Assembly (NCBI GenBank): GCA_964648855.1
Contig: CAZYLT010000007.1
Location: 30,001 to 62,000 of the forward strand
Source: an uncultured archaeon
GTDB lineage: Archaea; Asgardarchaeota; Thorarchaeia; Thorarchaeales; Thorarchaeaceae
Reading direction: 5' to 3'
Length of the DNA stretch: 32,000 nucleotides
Each line of letters begins with the position of its first letter. The stretch's first letter is position 1. Position numbers and translations under genes: made by a program. The notes under the pieces were generated by a model that saw nothing but the letters and a program-made list of their open reading frames with translations, ran no database searches and was not told where the DNA came from. This document shows, piece after piece, positions 25,861 to 32,000 of the stretch.

Positions 25861-26985
25861 ATGGACGTTAACAAGATTGCAGTTGTCGGCGCTGGCTTGA
25901 TGGGTTCAGGTATCGCGTATATTTCAGCGTGGCATGGTTTCAATGTCACGATGGTGGATGTGAACCAGGAGGCTCTCGAGGAAGGAATGGAGCGCATCCG
26001 TTCCGATGTGATGACGGGTGTTGACAAAGGAAAGCTCTCCCTTGGTGAGGCACAAGACCTTATGGGTCGCTTGAAGTCAACTACAAATCTAGAAGATGCC
26101 GTGGATGACGCTGACCTGGTAATAGAGGCCATCTTTGAGAACATGGAAGTCAAAAAAGATGTATTCTCGAAAGCAGACAAGCATGCCCCGCCGCATGCAA
26201 TCCTAGCAACAAACACATCATCTCTGAGTATTGATGAGTTGGCAACCGCCACAGATCGACCAGAGAAGTTCATCGGGATGCATTACTTTTCTCCCGTCGC
26301 GGCAATGAAACTGATTGAGATTGTCATTGGTGAAAAGACCAGCGAGGAGACCATTGAAACAGCCATCAAGGTGGGCGAGAAACAGGAGAAGGAACCGGTT
26401 AAAGCAAAGGACTGCCCTGGCTTCATCGTCAATAGAATTCTCATGCCTGTCCTCAGAGAAGCAATCCTTCTCTACGAGAATGGTGTTGCCACGAAAGAGG
26501 AAATTGACACGGCCATGACAACAAAAGCGAAGTTTCCTGCGGGACCCTTTACTTTGGGTGATTTTGTTGGGCTTGATATTGCATATCACGCCATGAGTAC
26601 TCTGTATAAAGAACTTGGTGATTGTTTCAAGCCGCCTGAAACTCTGAAGCAGCTTGTTGACGAAGGTAAAATCGGTACCAAGGCCAAAGAAGGCTTTTAC
26701 AAATATGGCGGTGAGCCTGAGGAACCGGAAGAGCCCAAGGGAGCAGACTCAGACTGGCTCGTTACTCGTATTCAAGTCCCTGTTATCCGCGAAGCTATGA
26801 TTCTCGTCGATGACGGCATTGCTGAGAAGGATGCCATCGACAAGGCCATGAAATTGGGTGCGAGCTTCCCCAAGGGTCCGTTCGAGATGGCCGAGGATAT
26901 GGGCTATGAAAAGGTCAAAGAAGAGATAAAGAAACTGGAGGAAGAACACGGGGAGTGTTACTCCATACCGGAGATGCTCAAGTAG
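25861..26985 (+). CDS. 3-hydroxyacyl-CoA dehydrogenase with a duplicated C-terminal dimerisation domain
   Basis: VVGAGLMGSGIA, IEAIFE, ATNTSS, GMHYFSP, PGFIVNR; a second 3HCDH-C repeat (REAMILVDDG...FPKGPF). Confidence 0.95.
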   Translation: MDVNKIAVVGAGLMGSGIAYISAWHGFNVTMVDVNQEALEEGMERIRSDVMTGVDKGKLSLGEAQDLMGRLKSTTNLEDAVDDADLVIEAIFENMEVKKDVFSKADKHAPPHAILATNTSSLSIDELATATDRPEKFIGMHYFSPVAAMKLIEIVIGEKTSEETIETAIKVGEKQEKEPVKAKDCPGFIVNRILMPVLREAILLYENGVATKEEIDTAMTTKAKFPAGPFTLGDFVGLDIAYHAMSTLYKELGDCFKPPETLKQLVDEGKIGTKAKEGFYKYGGEPEEPEEPKGADSDWLVTRIQVPVIREAMILVDDGIAEKDAIDKAMKLGASFPKGPFEMAEDMGYEKVKEEIKKLEEEHGECYSIPEMLK

Positions 26986-27113
26986 TCTATCTATGGCAAG
27001 GATTCGTCCTTGCCACTCCTTTATTTTATTGAACCACGTTGAATCTCCCATGAAGGAGGTTTATAAGGCGGTAGATTCATCGAGGCAGTATAGTAGCGAT
27101 AAGGTGGTAAAAA

Positions 27114-27926
27114 ATGCCCGAATTCGAAACAATGCTATACTCAAAGGAAGGTTCGTTTCTTTCACCCGTGAAGAACGTTGCCTTAATCAAATTCAATCGT
27201 GTAGACTCGCTGAACAGCATTAATGACCAATTTATCGAGGATTTGGTTGCTGCTCTTAAAGAAGCAGAGAATGATGATGATGTTCGTTCGGTGGTCTTAG
27301 CATCAGCGCACGATAAGGTCTTTTGTACTGGCGCTGACCTGAAGATGGCTCAAGGACTCCTCGGTAAGAGCGAAGAAGTCAAGGACCTAGTTGGACAAGG
27401 ACAAAAAGCTATTGACACAATTGCTAAACTCAGCAAACCAGTCATTGCGGCAATCCATGGCCTCTGTCTCGGCGGAGGTACTGAGATCGCCCTCGCATGC
27501 GATATCCGTGTTTGTGACGAGGAGGCAAAAATCGGCACTCCAGAGGTCAGCCTTGGTCTGATTCCTGCTTGGGGTGGCTGTGTCAGATTACCTCGTATCA
27601 TTGGCCTAGGCAAAGCAATGGAACTGATTCTTACTGGTGGACAAGTTTCTGGAGAAGAAGCGCTGGAGATGGGACTTGTCAGCAAAGTTGTGCCTAAAGA
27701 AGAGCTTCTAAGTCAAGCAATGTGGTATGGTGCCAAGCTTGGCGGCAATGCCCCAATTGCGTTGAACTGGGCTAAGAAAGCAACACATATGGCTTTTGAA
27801 GAAGACTATGACGATAATCTTGATTTCGAGATTGAAGCTGCAGTGGCATGCTTTGAAACAGACGACTTGGCAGAAGGTATCTCCGCAGTCTTTGAGAAGA
27901 GACGAGGCAAGTTCAAGGGAGAGTAA
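27114..27926 (+). CDS. Enoyl-CoA hydratase/crotonase family protein
   Basis: FCTGADL, KPVIAAIHGLCLGGGTEIALACD, PEVSLGLIPAWGG (both catalytic Glu present). Confidence 0.95.
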   Translation: MPEFETMLYSKEGSFLSPVKNVALIKFNRVDSLNSINDQFIEDLVAALKEAENDDDVRSVVLASAHDKVFCTGADLKMAQGLLGKSEEVKDLVGQGQKAIDTIAKLSKPVIAAIHGLCLGGGTEIALACDIRVCDEEAKIGTPEVSLGLIPAWGGCVRLPRIIGLGKAMELILTGGQVSGEEALEMGLVSKVVPKEELLSQAMWYGAKLGGNAPIALNWAKKATHMAFEEDYDDNLDFEIEAAVACFETDDLAEGISAVFEKRRGKFKGE

Positions 27927-27933
27927 ACTAACT

Positions 27934-27972
27934 CAGAGTACCATGTGGTACTCTGCTTTCTTTTCTTTTTTC
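27934..27972 (+). terminator. Hairpin plus T-tract terminator
   Basis: CAGAGTACCA-TG-TGGTACTCTG followed by CTTTCTTTTCTTTTTT. Confidence 0.7.
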
Positions 27973-28082
27973 AGTATAGCCCAGAATTTTCCATGAATCA
28001 TCTCCAAATCTAACCGAATCGACTTCTAGTTGGGTTTCCACAATAAATAAAACGAGGGATGTATACTATTTTTAGTTGAGAG

Positions 28083-28646
28083 GTGAACGCGTTGGGTGTA
28101 GAAGAAGGCGGAAGAAAACCCTTCATCACTAGTCGTCAAATGGGACTAGCTGCAGCCTTTGGTGCTGCTGCATTTGCGTTCAGAGCCTTGGGAATTGCAA
28201 TTCCTATGGTTCCGCCTTTGGTCATTGGACCTGGTGCTCTAATGCCAATCCTTGCTGGAATGGCAGGAGGACCTATAGTCGGAATCATTGTTGGTATTGC
28301 GAGGGGGATTCCCTCGGGTCTGCCGCAAGTAGATCTCATCTTGCAACCCGTGAAAGGCATCTATTGGGCGTTTGTATGGAAATACGTAGTACTAAAAATC
28401 GAAGATGAAAAGAAACGTTGGATTGTTTTCTGGATACTGACATGGCTGCTTCAATTCTTTATTGAGGCTCCGTTGTTCATATTTGCGAACTCCCTGTTGG
28501 GATTCTATCCGTTCTATCCAACATACCCAATTGTCTTCGGATGGTACTACATACTATATGGAATTTTCCAGATAGTGATTTTCAGCGCAGTAGTTGCCGC
28601 GTTGCCTGATATCTTTGGATGGTCAGAAGGTGAGGCGCCATGGTAG
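28083..28646 (+). CDS. ECF transporter substrate-binding S component (putative)
   Basis: About 20 kDa with 5-6 TM helices, an N-terminal AxxxA-type helix (LAAAFGAAAFA) and AGMAGGPIVG; upstream of ECF A/T genes. Confidence 0.75.
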   Translation: MNALGVEEGGRKPFITSRQMGLAAAFGAAAFAFRALGIAIPMVPPLVIGPGALMPILAGMAGGPIVGIIVGIARGIPSGLPQVDLILQPVKGIYWAFVWKYVVLKIEDEKKRWIVFWILTWLLQFFIEAPLFIFANSLLGFYPFYPTYPIVFGWYYILYGIFQIVIFSAVVAALPDIFGWSEGEAPW

Positions 28647-28894
28647 AAGAGAACAAGAAAACAATGTATTGGGTAGTATGCCTAGTCGTGCTCTTCATTA
28701 TCTTCATTGTGGTGACATTCTTTGTAAGCGGTGGATTTGAAGCACTTGGTACGCGAGTTCTTCTTCCCATCGTCGAATCCATCTTTGGTTCAGGCACCAT
28801 TGCAAGTCTAGCTGTACAGGGTATTCTATCCGTTGTAGTGATAATCATCCTTATTGTCTGCCTATGGTATGGCAGAAAGCAGGAATGGTTCTAG
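28640..28894 (+). CDS. Small two-TM membrane protein
   Basis: Two hydrophobic segments; GGTGAGG RBS; overlaps the S-component stop. Confidence 0.7.
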   Translation: MVEENKKTMYWVVCLVVLFIIFIVVTFFVSGGFEALGTRVLLPIVESIFGSGTIASLAVQGILSVVVIIILIVCLWYGRKQEWF

Positions 28895-28898
28895 TTTA

Positions 28899-28931
28899 GA
28901 AAGGCCCCCCGGCCTTTCCTCTTTTCTTTTT
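28899..28931 (+). terminator. Hairpin plus T-tract terminator
   Basis: GAAAGGCC-cccc-GGCCTTTC followed by CTCTTTTCTTTTT. Confidence 0.7.
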
Positions 28932-29013
28932 AGTTGGGTTTTGCCTAATCATTTGATTCAAATAGGGGTACGCGTAGAGGTTCTATAATAATAGTACAAG
29001 AGTTGCTTGATTT

Positions 29014-30795
29014 ATGAGCGAAGGAGAGCCAGAAGTATCTGTTAAAGAAGTAAATTGGAGATATGCTGGAACACCAGAACTGGTGTTAAAGGATATCTCT
29101 ATAGACCTTAAGAAGGGCGAGATTCTACTGCTCACAGGCCCTAACGGGGCAGGAAAGACCACTTTCTGTAACCTGCTGAACGGTCTCATTCCTCACTTTT
29201 ATTCCGGAAAGCTGGAGGGTGAAATCACTGTCGCTGGTATTGACACGCAGAAGTCATACGTGGGCAGGTTATCGAGACATGTTGGGCTTCTCTTTCAAGA
29301 CCCAGCTAGCCAGTTGATTTCTGGTTCAGTTGCGGAAGAGGTTGCCTTTGGTCCCGAGAATATTGCACTGCCTAGAGAGGAAATCGAAGAACGCATCGAT
29401 TATGCCCTAGGATTCGTTGGATTAGATCATGCTAGGGATCGTCCACCTTTTGCTCTGTCAGGAGGTCAACAGCAAGCGTTAGCTCTAGCCTCCATTTTAT
29501 CAATGAGTCCTGATATATATGTCTTGGACGAACCAACTTCAAATCTGGATCCTTATGGAACCGAACAGGTCTTCGAGCTCATTCATAAGATTGCAGATGA
29601 AGAAAACAAGACATTTGTCGTTGTGGAGCACGAGCTAGAAGCCTTAATTGACATAGCAGATCGTGTCTTAGTTCTTAATGAAGGTGAAATTGTAGCCATG
29701 GGTCCACCAAGAGAAATCTTGGGTGGAAAGGCTGAGATGCTTCGAGATATCGGCCTTTGGCCACCTCAGATGTCCCTGCTCGCATATCGGTTAAAGGACA
29801 AAGGCCTAATTGGTGATGAATTTGGAGAAATTCCCATGACTTTGGAAGAAGGAGTTGAATACTTTTCCAATGTCTTATCCAAGGCAGGCGTGCCAGAGCG
29901 CTCAGGTGGAGCTCCTGTGGATGAGGTAAAAGACAGGGCATCTGTTCCCAGAGATGGAGAACCACTGATTCGTATTGAGGATGTGCAATTCTGGTATGAC
30001 ACAGGAACACATGCCTTAAAGGGAGTGAACCTGGAGATTTATGAAAACGAGTTTACTGCAATATTGGGCCAGAATGGATCTGGCAAAACAACTTTAGTCA
30101 AGCACTTCAATGGGCTGCTTGAACCCGGAGAAGGAGCGGTATATTTACGGGGAACCGATACTCAGGACATCCCAACGTATGAATTGGTTACTGATGTTGG
30201 CTACGTGTTCCAAAACCCTGACCAACAGCTATTTTCAAGTAAAGTTTCCGATGAGCTCGAGTTCGGGCTGAAAAACATAGGAATGAAGAAGGACGATAGA
30301 AAGAAACGAGTTCAAGAAGTCGCTCGTAGAATGGATATAGAAAACTTGCTGGATGAGCGCCCCTATTCATTGAGTAAGGGTGACCGACAGAGAGTTGTAA
30401 TCACATCTATTCTGGCGCTAGACCCGGCCGTGATAATCGTTGACGAGCCCACAACTGGACAGGATCCCCGTCGACGCAGAGAGATTATGGATCTTATGAG
30501 GGAATTGCATAAAGAAGGCAAAACGATAGTTGTCATAACGCACGACATGTCATTGGCTGCAGAATATGCAGAGCGATGTGTAATAATGCATGATGGCAAA
30601 ATATTGCTAGATGGCACTCCTGAGGAGGTATTCATCCAAGTGGATCAACTAGAGATTACTCACCTTGCCCCCCCTGTAATGACGCAGCTATTCATGCGAT
30701 TGAGCCAGAAGTTTGAGGTTCCCCCAGATATTCTCACAATCGACAAAGCAGCGAGTCTTTTGGAAGAAATCCTGAAAGAAGGAGGTCAACAATAG
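29014..30795 (+). CDS. ECF transporter fused dual ATPase (EcfA-A')
   Basis: Two ABC domains: GPNGAGKT/LSGGQ/DEPT and GQNGSGKT/LSKGD/DEPT, with Q-loops FQDP and FQNPDQQ. Confidence 0.93.
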   Translation: MSEGEPEVSVKEVNWRYAGTPELVLKDISIDLKKGEILLLTGPNGAGKTTFCNLLNGLIPHFYSGKLEGEITVAGIDTQKSYVGRLSRHVGLLFQDPASQLISGSVAEEVAFGPENIALPREEIEERIDYALGFVGLDHARDRPPFALSGGQQQALALASILSMSPDIYVLDEPTSNLDPYGTEQVFELIHKIADEENKTFVVVEHELEALIDIADRVLVLNEGEIVAMGPPREILGGKAEMLRDIGLWPPQMSLLAYRLKDKGLIGDEFGEIPMTLEEGVEYFSNVLSKAGVPERSGGAPVDEVKDRASVPRDGEPLIRIEDVQFWYDTGTHALKGVNLEIYENEFTAILGQNGSGKTTLVKHFNGLLEPGEGAVYLRGTDTQDIPTYELVTDVGYVFQNPDQQLFSSKVSDELEFGLKNIGMKKDDRKKRVQEVARRMDIENLLDERPYSLSKGDRQRVVITSILALDPAVIIVDEPTTGQDPRRRREIMDLMRELHKEGKTIVVITHDMSLAAEYAERCVIMHDGKILLDGTPEEVFIQVDQLEITHLAPPVMTQLFMRLSQKFEVPPDILTIDKAASLLEEILKEGGQQ

Positions 30796-31722
30796 ATGGC
30801 AATGGAATATGTACCTGGTGATAGCATTCTTCATAGAATGGATCCTCGGACGAAGATCTTCATCTTCTTGTGTCTGGTAATACTAACAGTGGTTGTCTTC
30901 GACCCGATAGTCTTTTTCATCATTCTCCTAATGACATTGGGAATGTATCGTATTGCTGGTATTCCTCGAGATAAACTGATGCTTGTTCTGAAGGCATCCC
31001 TGCCCGCAATGATTCTCTTTATTGTGGTCAATTACCTAACAGTACCCCCTGTGCCAGGCGATTATGTCTACTTCTATCTTATTCCATTCACGGAATTTGG
31101 CCCGGTGACGCTCCGGACAACATTGATAGGCATTTCAAGCGGTGAACGTTTTATCTTCTTCATCATTGTGACTCGACTGATTACTCTAGTCACCCCTGTT
31201 TCAGACTTATTGATTGCATTAGTGCGGCTACGGTTTCCGGTTGAGGTGGCCGTTTCGCTTGGAATTGCCTTTGCATCTGTTCCTCTGATGATCAACCAAT
31301 TCCGTACTGTGATTGAAGCGCAAAAATCAAGGGGTGCGAAATTTGATATTAGAAACCCCATTACAAAGATGAGGGCGTACGTTCCAGTTATTGTGCCTAG
31401 TATCTATCTAACGGTGCTCAGAGGTATTGATATCTCGAGAACCATTGAGTCTCGAGCATTCACCTTCGATCCTGCTAACCGAACCTTCAGGCAAGAGATC
31501 TCGTTCAAGGCCTTGGATTATGGTGTGCTTGCTCTAGCAGTCTTAACGACTCTGGGAATCGTTATACTGAGTGTGGTATATGGATGGTTCAACTACCAAT
31601 TCCTATACTACATCCTTCGACCAAACCTCATTCAGTGGATTATCGACATAGTGAATTGGATTATCGGCTGGCTGATTGCTCTTTTCAATCAGCTGCTCTC
31701 CTTCCTGGGAATTGGCGCATAA
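30796..31722 (+). CDS. ecfT: ECF transporter transmembrane component T
   Basis: SILHRMDPRTK and two x-R-x motifs (AQKSRG, IESRAF). Confidence 0.92.
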   Translation: MAMEYVPGDSILHRMDPRTKIFIFLCLVILTVVVFDPIVFFIILLMTLGMYRIAGIPRDKLMLVLKASLPAMILFIVVNYLTVPPVPGDYVYFYLIPFTEFGPVTLRTTLIGISSGERFIFFIIVTRLITLVTPVSDLLIALVRLRFPVEVAVSLGIAFASVPLMINQFRTVIEAQKSRGAKFDIRNPITKMRAYVPVIVPSIYLTVLRGIDISRTIESRAFTFDPANRTFRQEISFKALDYGVLALAVLTTLGIVILSVVYGWFNYQFLYYILRPNLIQWIIDIVNWIIGWLIALFNQLLSFLGIGA

Positions 31723-31771
31723 GGCCTTGGTGGGTCACCGGCGCCGCAATCTTCAGAGGATGGTATAGAAA

Positions 31772-32000
31772 ATGGGACCTGAATTAAGGATTGGAGTTAT
31801 TCGCGTCGTTACTACAGACGATTGGGGCTTCCTCAGAACACATGCTCGATTAATCTCCGACTTCATCCGAGACCCCAATTTGCGGTTGACGACTGATAGA
31901 ATTAACGGATTTCCGAATGGCATTCCGAATGAGGAAGAAGAAGCTCGTGCAATCCCTTACGTAATCGAAACTGCTAATCGAATGCTCAAAAAGGAGGACT
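31772..32000 (+). CDS. Asp/Glu/hydantoin racemase family protein (3'-truncated by the window; absent from the ORF track)
   Basis: Manual translation MGPELRIGVIRVVTTDDWGFLRTHARLI...FPNGIPNEEEEARAIPYVIETA resembles the N-terminus of archaeal racemase-family proteins. The catalytic Cys would lie beyond the window. Confidence 0.7.
   Translation, partial: MGPELRIGVIRVVTTDDWGFLRTHARLISDFIRDPNLRLTTDRINGFPNGIPNEEEEARAIPYVIETANRMLKKED

Overview
A gene-dense archaeal chromosomal segment. It has GGTGA/GGAG-type ribosome-binding sites, TATA-like promoters, an archaeal D-aminoacyl-tRNA deacylase, a fused ADP-forming acyl-CoA synthetase and an acidic proteome. Several eukaryote-like proteins suggest an Asgard archaeon, plausibly Thorarchaeia; this is inference from gene content, not a database result. 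In order it holds: a Gfo/Idh/MocA oxidoreductase (5'-truncated), a sulfatase and its radical-SAM maturase, a two-domain beta-carbonic-anhydrase-like protein, a PD-(D/E)XK protein, a wHTH protein, two large coiled-coil proteins flanking dtdA, a RimI/Ard1 acetyltransferase, a eukaryote-type CIA2/MIP18 protein, a Rab-like pseudo-GTPase next to an acidic polyproline disordered protein, DUF362/aminotransferase/YkgJ/epimerase genes, a tandem pair of Cys/His-rich paralogs I cannot assign, a 46-aa CdrS-like ribbon-helix-helix gene missed by the ORF track and followed by a long 3' hairpin, and acd plus a Pta-N/DRTGG gene. The last 8 kb carry nitroreductase, two small RHH-like proteins, SCP2, 3-hydroxyacyl-CoA dehydrogenase, enoyl-CoA hydratase, an ECF transporter and a racemase (3'-truncated). 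I saw no rRNA, tRNA, CRISPR array or transposase. The best candidates for undescribed systems are the pseudo-Rab plus disordered protein pair (12641-14122), the C5-H-C2 paralog pair with its upstream RHH gene (18103-20473), and the mirrored RHH/WPF pair in the lipid-utilisation operon (24955-25485).
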